A stretch of DNA of 64,000 nt, taken from positions 22,820 to 86,819 of the forward strand of contig JADGDU010000014.1 of the NCBI GenBank assembly GCA_016744705.1. Direction: 5' to 3'. Both the position numbers and the translations under genes were made by a program. Of this stretch, positions 39,365 through 48,149 are shown piece after piece. The stretch comes from Candidatus Krumholzibacteriia bacterium. Lineage in GTDB: Bacteria; Krumholzibacteriota; Krumholzibacteriia; LZORAL124-64-63. The notes below the pieces were generated by a model. It was not told the DNA's origin. It ran no database searches and saw only the letters and a list, made by a program, of their open reading frames with translations. Each line of letters starts with the position of its first letter. Position 1 is the first letter of the stretch.

Positions 39365-40140
39365 CCCAGAAGGAAAAGAACAGTGATGACGGTGCTGGCC
39401 AGAATGCACAGAGTCATGCTGATGCCCAGAGATTGGATGGTTTTTTGAGGCACTTCAGTGACGGCGCGCTGGACTTGAAAGCCGTAATAAGTGGCCACGG
39501 TGGATAGGATTATTCCAAACACAAAACTTTTCAGGAGAGAAGATAGCACATCGCCGGCGCTCATGACCATAACCAGATTTCCCAGGTAATCGCCAATGGG
39601 AAGGCCGTGAATGAGGGAGGCAATCCAGCAGGATCCCAACAACCCGAAGAGGTTGAAATAGAGATTGAGAAAGACCATGGCCACGGTCACGCCAATGACC
39701 CGGGGCGCAGCCAGGTGGTACAGGGGATTGATGCCGGCAGCCACGTAAGCTTCCACTTCGTGATCGACTACCATGTTGCCCAGTTCGGTTGTGATGGCAC
39801 TGCCTGAGCGGGCGGCAATAATCAGGGCGGTCAGCAACGGTCCCAATTCCCGGGTTATTACCAGAATCAGGATTTTGTAGGTGAGTTCGCTCTGGCCAAA
39901 TTTGGGCAAAAGAGAAACACCCTGGATGATGACAGCCGCACCAATGCCCAAAGAAATAACGGCCAGAATGGGTAAAGCTTCCACGCCGGTGAAATAAACT
40001 TGGGAGATGAGGACCGGTGAAGTGATTTTTCGACGAAACAATAAAGAGAGAGATTCTCGATGGAGTACGATGGCGTAGCCCAAGGCAGAGAGGATGTTGT
40101 TCGTGGCATGCCGCATGTTTCGGCCCAGTGTGTTTAACAT
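39361..40140 (-). CDS. MlaE-family ABC permease
   Basis: QVYFTGVEALP, RELGPLLTALIIAARSGSAITTELG.M, PRV. Confidence 0.9.
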   Translation of the reverse strand: MLNTLGRNMRHATNNILSALGYAIVLHRESLSLLFRRKITSPVLISQVYFTGVEALPILAVISLGIGAAVIIQGVSLLPKFGQSELTYKILILVITRELGPLLTALIIAARSGSAITTELGNMVVDHEVEAYVAAGINPLYHLAAPRVIGVTVAMVFLNLYFNLFGLLGSCWIASLIHGLPIGDYLGNLVMVMSAGDVLSSLLKSFVFGIILSTVATYYGFQVQRAVTEVPQKTIQSLGISMTLCILASTVITVLFLLG

Positions 40141-40205
40141 GGGAGAAACTATAAGGGATATCTGGGGGGCGGTCCAGTGGTGAAGAGGGCCAATGGCTGG
40201 GTATT

Positions 40206-41303
40206 TTAGGCTTTGGGAGCCCTCTTTTTAAACCGAGGAGAATTCCCCCACAATCCGTACCCAATTTTCTCGCCAATTCCAGCGATGCGTTTTTCCAGGC
40301 CCATGCGACTCTGCTCTGAGTTTTCGTCGAGACTGGGTTTACCGTCGTACAACTGATACGCTCGCCGGTGCTTGGGGTCCGTCACGTTGGGCATGATGAT
40401 GTTGGCTCCGGCCTGCAGCCCCAACTCCCGGCCCGTATCGCTTAAAGCCTGCAGGGCGGTGGTGGCGGCCATGTTGGCGTCGGGCAGAAGCAGGCGGGCG
40501 CAAGCCAGCATTTTGAGGCCCAATTGAAGTTGAGCGTCTTTGTTGAAGGTGTCCAGGTGGTGGGCTAACGGAGTGTCGCCGTGGGGAATGAAGGGGCCCA
40601 TGCCGATCATATCCACATCCAGTTCTTTGATGTAAAGCAAGTCGTCGGCAAGGTCGGCGTTGGTCTGGTCGGGTAAACCGATCATCACTCCTGTGCCCAC
40701 CTGGTAACCTTCGTTGCGCAAATCATCGAGGCATTGCAGGCGGGGGGCCCAAAGATGGTCTTCAGGATGATACTGGCGGTACAAATCCTGACGACTGGTT
40801 TCAAGCCGCAGCAAGTAGCGGTGGGCACCGGCTTGTCGCCACTGGCGAAGCACCTGGGGGCTTTGTTCACCAAGGGAAAGAGTGACGCCCAATTCACCAT
40901 TGGTGGCTTCGTGCAACTGGTTCAGGGCATCAGTGATATATTGGCTGTGGTTGTCGTTTTGGATCTCGCCCCCTTGCAACACCAATGAGCCATAATGGTT
41001 GTCGTGGGCCCAACGGGCGGCTTGCACAATCTCCTCTATGGAGAGGCGGAACCGGGGAACCTTGGGGTTTGATTTTCGGATGCCGCAGTAAAGGCAATCC
41101 TTTTGGCAGATGTTTGAAATTTCGATCAGGCCACGAAAGTAAACTACTGGCCCGACGTTTTTCTTTTTCACTTCATAGGCGGCGTGAAAAAGGGCTTCGT
41201 ATTCGTTTTCCTCGCTGATGTCCAGAAGGCGGATCAAATCGTCACGCTCGAGAGTCTGGCCCTGGGCAACATGTCCCAAAATGTCTTTGACCTGTTGGGT
41301 CAT
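40206..41303 (-). CDS. hydE: [FeFe]-hydrogenase maturase, radical SAM
   Basis: RGLIEISNICQKDCLYCGIR, RYLLRLET, DMIGMGPFIPH..TP, ATTAL, GAN.IMPN, Y.LY.GK. Confidence 0.93.
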   Translation of the reverse strand: MTQQVKDILGHVAQGQTLERDDLIRLLDISEENEYEALFHAAYEVKKKNVGPVVYFRGLIEISNICQKDCLYCGIRKSNPKVPRFRLSIEEIVQAARWAHDNHYGSLVLQGGEIQNDNHSQYITDALNQLHEATNGELGVTLSLGEQSPQVLRQWRQAGAHRYLLRLETSRQDLYRQYHPEDHLWAPRLQCLDDLRNEGYQVGTGVMIGLPDQTNADLADDLLYIKELDVDMIGMGPFIPHGDTPLAHHLDTFNKDAQLQLGLKMLACARLLLPDANMAATTALQALSDTGRELGLQAGANIIMPNVTDPKHRRAYQLYDGKPSLDENSEQSRMGLEKRIAGIGEKIGYGLWGNSPRFKKRAPKA

Positions 41304-42523
41304 GATACCACCGAGGGCGATTCAAACGGAGCCATGGCCCGAGGCAGAATACCCAAACAAAAGGCAATGGCCAGTCCATAGTTGGTAGCCGGCACACCGG
41401 CTCGTCGGCAATGTCCCAGACGGCTTTGGATTTCCTGACGGTTCATGGTGCAGCCGCCGCAGTGGACCACCAGTTTATAAGGGGAAAGGTCGGTGGCAAA
41501 ATCGTGTCCCTGAACGGTGTCGAAGACCAAGGATCCGCCCACCGCTTCATTCAGCCAACGGGGGAGCTTGACGCGGCCGATGTCATCAGTCTCCACCGGG
41601 TGATGGCTACAGCTTTCGGCCACCAGGACCCGGTCGCCAGGTTGCAGGTTGGCAATGGCGCGAGCGCCGGCTACCTGAGATTCGAAATCGCCACGATGCC
41701 GAGCCATCAAGACCGAAAACCCAGTCATGGGGATGTCCTCGGGGACCATGGCGCTCACCTGAGCAAAAGCCTGGCTGTCGGTCACCACCAGAGCGGGCTT
41801 TTTCCGGAGATTGGCCAAAGCAGATTCCAGCTGAGTTTCTTTGACCACAAGGCAGCAGGAATCACCATCCAACAGATCGCGGATAGCGTTAACCTGGGGC
41901 AGAATGATTCGGCCCACCGGGGCTTCTTTGTCAATGGGAACCACCAAAATGGCTGTTTCTCCGGCGGGTACAAGGTCCCGTACCAGGGGCGGGGTTTTGG
42001 AGCGGCTCTGGGTGGCTGTATCGATAATGGCCAGCCGCAGATCATCAATGCCAGTGCCCCCCGTCACGGACGTGGCCACCCATTTCACTCCCAGCTCATC
42101 AAGCATTTTGGTCATGGCATCTGATGGTAATTCTTTGTCAGCCTGGTTGAGAACCACAATGACCGGGATGCGTCTTTCTTTCATTTCCTCCAGCAATTGC
42201 TCTTCGTGAGAGCCCCAGGCGTTGGTGGTCGTCACCAGCAACACCAACTCGCAACGATCAAGCATGGCCCGGGTTCGGTCCATGCGCAGTTTGCCCAGAT
42301 CACCGGTGTCATCAAGGCCTGCGGTGTCGATCAAAACCACAGGCCCGATGGGCTGCAACTCCATGGGCTTGCTCACCGGATCGGTGGTGGTGCCTGGAGT
42401 ATCGGAAACAATGGCTACATCCTGACGGGTCAGGGCGTTGACAAGGCTGCTTTTACCCACATTGCGCCGGCCATAAAGGCCAATGTGCAGGCGGAACCCG
42501 CGGGTTGCTGTTTGGCGTTTCAT
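41300..42523 (-). CDS. hydF: [FeFe]-hydrogenase maturation GTPase
   Basis: GRRNVGKSS, GTTTDPV, DTAG, GRIILPQ, TDSQAF, CSH...HCGGC. Confidence 0.95.
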   Translation of the reverse strand: MKRQTATRGFRLHIGLYGRRNVGKSSLVNALTRQDVAIVSDTPGTTTDPVSKPMELQPIGPVVLIDTAGLDDTGDLGKLRMDRTRAMLDRCELVLLVTTTNAWGSHEEQLLEEMKERRIPVIVVLNQADKELPSDAMTKMLDELGVKWVATSVTGGTGIDDLRLAIIDTATQSRSKTPPLVRDLVPAGETAILVVPIDKEAPVGRIILPQVNAIRDLLDGDSCCLVVKETQLESALANLRKKPALVVTDSQAFAQVSAMVPEDIPMTGFSVLMARHRGDFESQVAGARAIANLQPGDRVLVAESCSHHPVETDDIGRVKLPRWLNEAVGGSLVFDTVQGHDFATDLSPYKLVVHCGGCTMNRQEIQSRLGHCRRAGVPATNYGLAIAFCLGILPRAMAPFESPSVVS

Positions 42524-42532
42524 GCATCGCTC

Positions 42533-43909
42533 CTAGCAGAAAACATCGCGACGGCCGGCACGGATCTTCTCCAGCATGACCTGAGCGCGGCGGCGAGGTT
42601 CGGGGTCCATGGTTTCCAGGGCGTTGGCGATGCTGAGCATACCGGCTTCCTGGGTTTCGGGTTGGGCGTAATCCATCAGATATTCCAGAAAACTGCTCAG
42701 GCCGTTGGGAGCGCAATGGGCTTTGATGTCGCCGGGTTTGGCCAGATCCATGAAGTCGGCTCCGGTGCGCCCGAGACGGTAGCAACCGGTGCAGAATGAT
42801 GGGATGTAACCCAGGCGGGCCACATCGGCCACCACTTCATCGAGAGAACGCACATCACCCAAGCTGAATTGTTCGGCGGTGTGTTTATCGGACGCAGAAT
42901 AGGCACCAGGATTGGTGCGGCTGCCGGCAGAAATTTGAGAGACACCGAGGGCAAAGGTTTCACGCCGAATGTCTGCGGTTTCCCGGGTGGACATGATGAT
43001 ACCTGTGTAGGGGACCATCAGCCGGAGAATGGCTACGATTTTGCGAAAGGCCAAATCAGACACCGGGTTGGGTGGGTTGCTGGCCAAATCGGCTCCGGTT
43101 GCGGGCTCCAGGCGCGGTACGCTGATGGTGTGTGGACCAAAACCGAATTCTTTTTCCAGGTGGCGAATGTGCTGGTGCAGGGCCAGCAGTTCAAATCGCC
43201 AATCAGCCAAGCCGAACAAGACACCAATGCCCACGTCATCAATACCTGCGGAGATGGCCCGATCCATGGCTTGCAGTCGCCAATCATAATCTGTTTTGGC
43301 CCCGCGCAGGTGCACCTTTGAATAAGTTTCACGATGGTAGGTTTCCTGGAAGATTTGGTAGGTGCCGATGTCGTGCTCTTTGAGCCGTTTGAAATCGGCT
43401 TCTTCCAGAGGAGCGACGTTTACGTTCACTCGGCGAATTTCTCCGCTGCCCCGTTTGACGGAGTACACGGTGTCGATGGCGCGTAAAATGTAATCGAAAC
43501 CATCGCGGGGGTAAGCTTCGCCCGCCACCAGAAGAATGCGTTTGTGACCTTCATCAACCAGAGCTGCGGTTTCGGAGGCAATCTCTTCCATGCTCAGGGC
43601 ACGGCGATTGAGGCCTCGGTTGCTGCTACGGAATGCACAGTAAGCGCAGTCATTTTTACAGAGATTGGAAACGTAAAGGGGGGTAAATAAGACCAAACGG
43701 TGGCCATAAATTTCCGCTTTGACATCGCGCGCTGCCCGGAAGAGTTCGCCCAGCAATTCAGGGTCACTAATATTGCAAAGAGCCGCTACGTCGTCGGCCT
43801 CCAGGCCTTCAAGCTTTCGGGCCCTGGCCAGGATTTCAGTAATATCGGATTCGCTCTTCTGTCCACCCCGTTGTAGGGATTTCTCGATGTTTCCTTCGTC
43901 GATTTTCAT
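42533..43909 (-). CDS. hydG: [FeFe]-hydrogenase maturase, radical SAM
   Basis: PLYVSNLCKNDCAYC, FQETYH, PHTISVPR, C-terminal CTGC-x22-C. Confidence 0.95.
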   Translation of the reverse strand: MKIDEGNIEKSLQRGGQKSESDITEILARARKLEGLEADDVAALCNISDPELLGELFRAARDVKAEIYGHRLVLFTPLYVSNLCKNDCAYCAFRSSNRGLNRRALSMEEIASETAALVDEGHKRILLVAGEAYPRDGFDYILRAIDTVYSVKRGSGEIRRVNVNVAPLEEADFKRLKEHDIGTYQIFQETYHRETYSKVHLRGAKTDYDWRLQAMDRAISAGIDDVGIGVLFGLADWRFELLALHQHIRHLEKEFGFGPHTISVPRLEPATGADLASNPPNPVSDLAFRKIVAILRLMVPYTGIIMSTRETADIRRETFALGVSQISAGSRTNPGAYSASDKHTAEQFSLGDVRSLDEVVADVARLGYIPSFCTGCYRLGRTGADFMDLAKPGDIKAHCAPNGLSSFLEYLMDYAQPETQEAGMLSIANALETMDPEPRRRAQVMLEKIRAGRRDVFC

Positions 43910-45075
43910 GAACTCTCTCCGCTGGGAACAGGTTTGTTTGAATGTCCGGTTCGGGACAAGGTGGCTGTGAAGGTTGTGCCCTGGTTTTCTTGGCTGGACA
44001 CGGTGACCCGGCCGCCGTTCAGATGCACCAGGCGCTGCATAATACTCAAACCCAGGCCACTGCCTTCAATGAGCCGGGTTTTGTCATTCTTTATACGTAC
44101 AAATTCGCCAAACAGGCGACCCACTTCTTCTTCGGTCATACCGATGCCGGTATCGCTGACACTGATAGTGACGTATTCCTCGTCGCTGTCCAACTTGATG
44201 AAAACCTGCCCACCATCGCTGTTGTATTTCACTGCGTTGGAAACCAGATTGTTGAGGATGATTTCGAGTTCGGAATAGACACCCTGCATGATAGTGCTGT
44301 TTGTGCATTCCGCTTCCAGGGAAATATTTCGACTTTGTGCTTGAGGTTGAAATGTTTCCATAACTTTTTCTACCAATTGAGCAGGGTCAACCTCAGTCAA
44401 AACCCGTTCTTTTTGGCGAGATTCAATGCGGGTCAAATCCAGCATATCGTAGATGAGTTTGCGCATGCCCTCGAGCCGTACCAGGCTGCGGCCGATGATG
44501 CGAGCGGTGGCCTCGGGGTTGTTGGCGGTGATGCCTTCATCAAGCAAACGAAGGTAGCCCTCCACGGCCCCCAGGGGCGCCTTCAATTCATGAGCCAAAA
44601 TCGAGAGGAACTCAAAACGCACCCGGTGTTTTTCCCCGGCCAGTTTGCGGGCCGTACGCTCCACCATCAAATGGCGGGACGCTTTCACCACCACTTCCTT
44701 CAACTCTTTGGGCGTGAAGGGCTTGGCCAGGAAGTCATAGGCGCCTTTTTTGGTGGCCTTGACGGCCATTTCCAGAGAGGCATAAGCCGTGATCATCACC
44801 ACCATGGTGGTGGATTTCTGGGCCTGCAACTCAGTCAGAATTTCCATACCTGTAACCCGGGGCATGCCATGGTCCAAAAGCACCAGATCAAAGTGATCCT
44901 GGGCCAAAATCTCTCTGGCCTCGAACCCATCTGTAGCCAACCGTATGTTCAAGGTGAAGGTGCCTTGGCCATGAGGTTCCGTGACAGTGAGGCCTTCCAG
45001 GGCCCGGGCCATGCCCGTGCGCATACCGACCTCATCGTCGGCAATTAAAACCTGTAGAACATGGTTGTCAGTCAT
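43906..45075 (-). CDS. Hybrid response regulator-histidine kinase (REC-HisKA-HATPase)
   Basis: ADDE..LLDHGMP..TAY..KPF receiver; AHELKAPL; NLVSNAVKY, DTGIGM, GSGLGL. Confidence 0.9.
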   Translation of the reverse strand: MTDNHVLQVLIADDEVGMRTGMARALEGLTVTEPHGQGTFTLNIRLATDGFEAREILAQDHFDLVLLDHGMPRVTGMEILTELQAQKSTTMVVMITAYASLEMAVKATKKGAYDFLAKPFTPKELKEVVVKASRHLMVERTARKLAGEKHRVRFEFLSILAHELKAPLGAVEGYLRLLDEGITANNPEATARIIGRSLVRLEGMRKLIYDMLDLTRIESRQKERVLTEVDPAQLVEKVMETFQPQAQSRNISLEAECTNSTIMQGVYSELEIILNNLVSNAVKYNSDGGQVFIKLDSDEEYVTISVSDTGIGMTEEEVGRLFGEFVRIKNDKTRLIEGSGLGLSIMQRLVHLNGGRVTVSSQENQGTTFTATLSRTGHSNKPVPSGESS

Positions 45076-47095
45076 GACCATTCTCCTGTGCTTCCGGGTG
45101 CACATACTGAGGCAGAACAATGCTGAAAATGGTTCCCGTGGGACCACTCTTTTCATCGGTATTGGACTGCACGTTGATTTGGCCGCGATGCATTTTTACG
45201 ATGCCGTAACTGACGGCCAACCCCAAGCCAGTGCCTTTGCCTTGGCCTTTGGTGGTGAAGAAGGGTTCGAAAATTCGGCTCAGAATTTCTTCGGCTATAC
45301 CGCAGCCGGTATCAGCCACTTCGATCACCAAGGAATCTTCACTGGGGACGGTGACACTGATGCAGGTAGTGCCACCCTCTGGCATGGCGGCCTGGGCATT
45401 GTTCACGAGGTTGATGATAACCTGTTGCATCTGGGCCTGGTCCAGGTCGGCGCTGAGGTTTTCGTCATCCACTTTTAAGCAGATATTTTGGGTTGCCGGT
45501 GTGATGACACCGCGCAGACATTCCCGCAGAAAAGTCCCAATTTTTACCCGCTGCAATTCCGTTTTGTTCTCTCTGGAGAAATCAAGCAAACCGGAGACAA
45601 TGCCTTTGCAACGGTTGGCTTGTTCGGCGATGAGGGACAAATCGATGCCCAGCTTGGATTCGTGTCCGAATTCATCCTGAAGCAAGTGAGTGTAGAGCAG
45701 CACCACGCCCAGGGGGTTGTTCACTTCGTGAGCTATGCCGGCGGCCAACTGGCCCATGCTGGCCAGCCTTTCCGAGTGCATGAGCTGTTCCTGGGTTGTG
45801 GCCAATTCGGCGTTGGACGAATGAAGGTCGCCCACGGTGTTGCGCAGTTCGTCGATGACAAAGGGCAGACACATTTCGCTTTCGGCCATGCCCTTGTAGA
45901 TGGCCACGGCGTGTTGCCGGCAGGTGTCGTAACCGCAGGCGCGGCAATTCAATTCATCAGATGCCGTGATTTTTCCCAGACGGCGCAAGATGGCGTCAAT
46001 TTCGGCGTCATCAGGCTCGCGCAGTTTCAATTGGTCGGGTTCAAAGGACCGGCTCAGGTCCAGGTCATCAAGTTGGTTCATGTATTTGTACCAACTGCCT
46101 TTATTGCCAATGCGCTGGCGGTTGCCCGCATAGCGACTGATACGGGCACGGCGCCGGAAGAGGGGCTCGTCGGTGGTCATGCCCGCGCCCATGATGCAAC
46201 CTTTGCAGCATAGAATATCAAGCAATTCTGCATCCATATCACCAGAAGAAAATTCGCGCAGGGCTTCCGGGAAATCCTGACGGCCATCGGCAGTGACTAC
46301 ACTGCCGGTGGCCAGGTCTTCACTTAAGCCGGCAACCTGGACCATGCCTCGACTGAGGGGAAAAACGGCCCCCAGATTGGCGCGGGGGGCATCAAAATCT
46401 GCGGGTTTCACTTTGTTGGGATCCAGTTTCCTCCGTCGAATCAATTCATCCAGCTCATTGAAGGTGATGACGCAATCAATACGGCCATCTCCACTGGTGA
46501 ATGCAGCTTCGCCTTTTTTGGCCAGGCAAGGTCCGATAAATATAAGTTTGAGATCGGGACCATGCAGGTTACGCAGGGCACGGGCACTGGCGACCATGGG
46601 TGAGACCAGAGGCAACAGAGAAGAGCAAAGCTCAGGATGGTACCGTTGGACAAAAGTGACGATGGCAGGACACGAGGTGGCAATCCAGCGTTTGAGCGGG
46701 CCGTCTTCCACTAATTCGCGGGTGCGCTGGGCCACTAAATCTGCTCCAAAACCCACTTCGTGAAGAATGTGGAAGCCCAATTCTCTCAGCAGGCCGCCCA
46801 ATACTTTTTCATCAAAGTTGGTGAATTCGGCGGCAAAAGATGGGGCAATGGCCGCGGCCACCATGGTGTCGCCTGCTAAAAGGGTTTCAGCCATCTCCAG
46901 GGAATCGGCAGCCACTTTGGCTCCCTGGCTGCAAACCTGAACGCAGTTGCCGCAACCGATGCAGCGCTCGTGCATGACCATGGCCTGGCCATCTTCAATG
47001 CGAATGGCTTTGGCTGGGCATTCGCGTACACAGGTGAAACAGGTCCGGCATCGTTCGCCAATGGTCTGAACCAGAGTCACTTCTGAAGCTTTCAT
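45068..47095 (-). CDS. Sensory [FeFe]-hydrogenase-like domain fused to a histidine kinase (group C type)
   Basis: Two CxxCxxCxxxC ferredoxin motifs; H-cluster motifs [34 protein letters not shown] FeS domain; [14 protein letters not shown]. Confidence 0.88.
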   Translation of the reverse strand: MKASEVTLVQTIGERCRTCFTCVRECPAKAIRIEDGQAMVMHERCIGCGNCVQVCSQGAKVAADSLEMAETLLAGDTMVAAAIAPSFAAEFTNFDEKVLGGLLRELGFHILHEVGFGADLVAQRTRELVEDGPLKRWIATSCPAIVTFVQRYHPELCSSLLPLVSPMVASARALRNLHGPDLKLIFIGPCLAKKGEAAFTSGDGRIDCVITFNELDELIRRRKLDPNKVKPADFDAPRANLGAVFPLSRGMVQVAGLSEDLATGSVVTADGRQDFPEALREFSSGDMDAELLDILCCKGCIMGAGMTTDEPLFRRRARISRYAGNRQRIGNKGSWYKYMNQLDDLDLSRSFEPDQLKLREPDDAEIDAILRRLGKITASDELNCRACGYDTCRQHAVAIYKGMAESEMCLPFVIDELRNTVGDLHSSNAELATTQEQLMHSERLASMGQLAAGIAHEVNNPLGVVLLYTHLLQDEFGHESKLGIDLSLIAEQANRCKGIVSGLLDFSRENKTELQRVKIGTFLRECLRGVITPATQNICLKVDDENLSADLDQAQMQQVIINLVNNAQAAMPEGGTTCISVTVPSEDSLVIEVADTGCGIAEEILSRIFEPFFTTKGQGKGTGLGLAVSYGIVKMHRGQINVQSNTDEKSGPTGTIFSIVLPQYVHPEAQENGHD

Positions 47096-47748
47096 GCGCG
47101 GGCTTTCTCTTCAGTTTTAGCCGATGCGTAGAAGGCAACTCTCTCCAAAGACATCTGGATATCGTTGTTTTCTACGAAAACATGATTGGGTACCTGCAAA
47201 CGGATGGGAGTGAAGTTAAGGATGCTGCACACACCGGCGGCAACCAAACGTTCCGCTGCGGCTTGGGCTTCTTCAGGGGGCAGAGCCAGGATGGCAATAC
47301 AGACATGGGCTTCCCGCACCTGTTCTTCAAGGTTGGCGGCATCCAAAACCGGAACATCGTTGAGGTGTTTGCCAACCATATGTGGGTTGACTTCAAAAAC
47401 AGCCTTCATGTTCAGGTGGGGTTGGGTGGACTGAAAGTAGTGCAAAAGAGCTTGTCCCAAATGTCCGGCTCCCAACAGAACCACAGAAGTGGCCTGGGCG
47501 GTGCCCAGACAATTGACCACAGCCTGGGCCAATTCGGTGATGGAATAACCATGCTGGGGAGTACCGCTGGTGGGCACATTCATAAGGTCTTGTCGCACTT
47601 GAGATGCAGAAACACCAGCCATGACGGCCAGATCTCGTGAAAAAATCCGCTGGATTCCTTCTACACTCAATTGCTTGAGAACCCGGCGGTAAATGCTCAA
47701 ACGACCCACGGTGCGGGGATTGATCATGTATTTGGAATGTGTAACCAT
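47092..47748 (-). CDS. rex: Redox-sensing transcriptional repressor Rex
   Basis: RLSIY, S..LA...GV...QVRQDL, GY, GAGHLG.AL, ILNFTP; RBS AGGAG. Confidence 0.9.
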   Translation of the reverse strand: MVTHSKYMINPRTVGRLSIYRRVLKQLSVEGIQRIFSRDLAVMAGVSASQVRQDLMNVPTSGTPQHGYSITELAQAVVNCLGTAQATSVVLLGAGHLGQALLHYFQSTQPHLNMKAVFEVNPHMVGKHLNDVPVLDAANLEEQVREAHVCIAILALPPEEAQAAAERLVAAGVCSILNFTPIRLQVPNHVFVENNDIQMSLERVAFYASAKTEEKARA

Positions 47749-47770
47749 GGTGGACTCCTGTTTACCACTG

Positions 47771-47788
47771 ATGTTAATAAAATAACAA
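47771..47788. promoter_or_regulatory. Putative Rex operator 1
   Basis: ATGTTAATAAAATAACAA versus TTGTTAA-N4-TTAACAA (2 mismatches), just upstream of rex. Confidence 0.65.
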
Positions 47789-47803
47789 GCATTCAACGCC
47801 ACA

Positions 47804-47831
47804 AAGGTAATCATTGAATTTTGAGGGTCAA
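47804..47831 (-). promoter_or_regulatory. Putative sigma70 promoter of the rex-hyd operon
   Basis: Minus-strand TTGACC-16 nt-TACCTT lying between the two Rex-like boxes. Confidence 0.4.
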
Positions 47832-47838
47832 GAATATT

Positions 47839-47856
47839 TTGTTATTTTTTTGACAG
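47839..47856. promoter_or_regulatory. Putative Rex operator 2
   Basis: Minus strand CTGTCAAAAAAATAACAA, 15/18 identical to operator 1. Confidence 0.55.
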
Positions 47857-48149
47857 CCAAGATGCAAAGATTTTCAAGTTGTGTATTCCATTGTCAAATA
47901 GCCAGTTATGCAATTGTTTTGAAGTAATGCTAAAAATTGAAATCCGAGAAGCGTAATAATTTAATTGCACAATGGAAAGATGGTTTGGAGGCCAAATGGC
48001 CAAGGGTCTGGAGTCATGATTTATAGGGATGAATGTGCGGATGAGGGCAAGATTAACGCTAAGGACTCTGGGAAAAACCAAAGAACTGTCGTATTATTAA
48101 CGGGATATTTTTTTTTATTACAGGTCACTTAAAGAAGGGATCCTATTCC

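Noticed and set aside
39455..40276. 273-aa minus-strand ORF in an alternative frame over the MlaE-family gene
   Set aside because: His/Arg/Pro-rich off-frame composition; the MlaE frame carries the family motifs.
43942..45048. 368-aa plus-strand ORF, and similar ones at 41411-42124, 45488-46213, 24276-24974, 59088-59702 and 59886-60512
   Set aside because: Antisense to well-supported genes; stop-poor shadow frames are expected from codon bias.
47842..48081. 79-aa minus-strand ORF upstream of rex
   Set aside because: Lies in the AT-rich divergent promoter region, overlaps a Rex-like box and has no recognisable motif.
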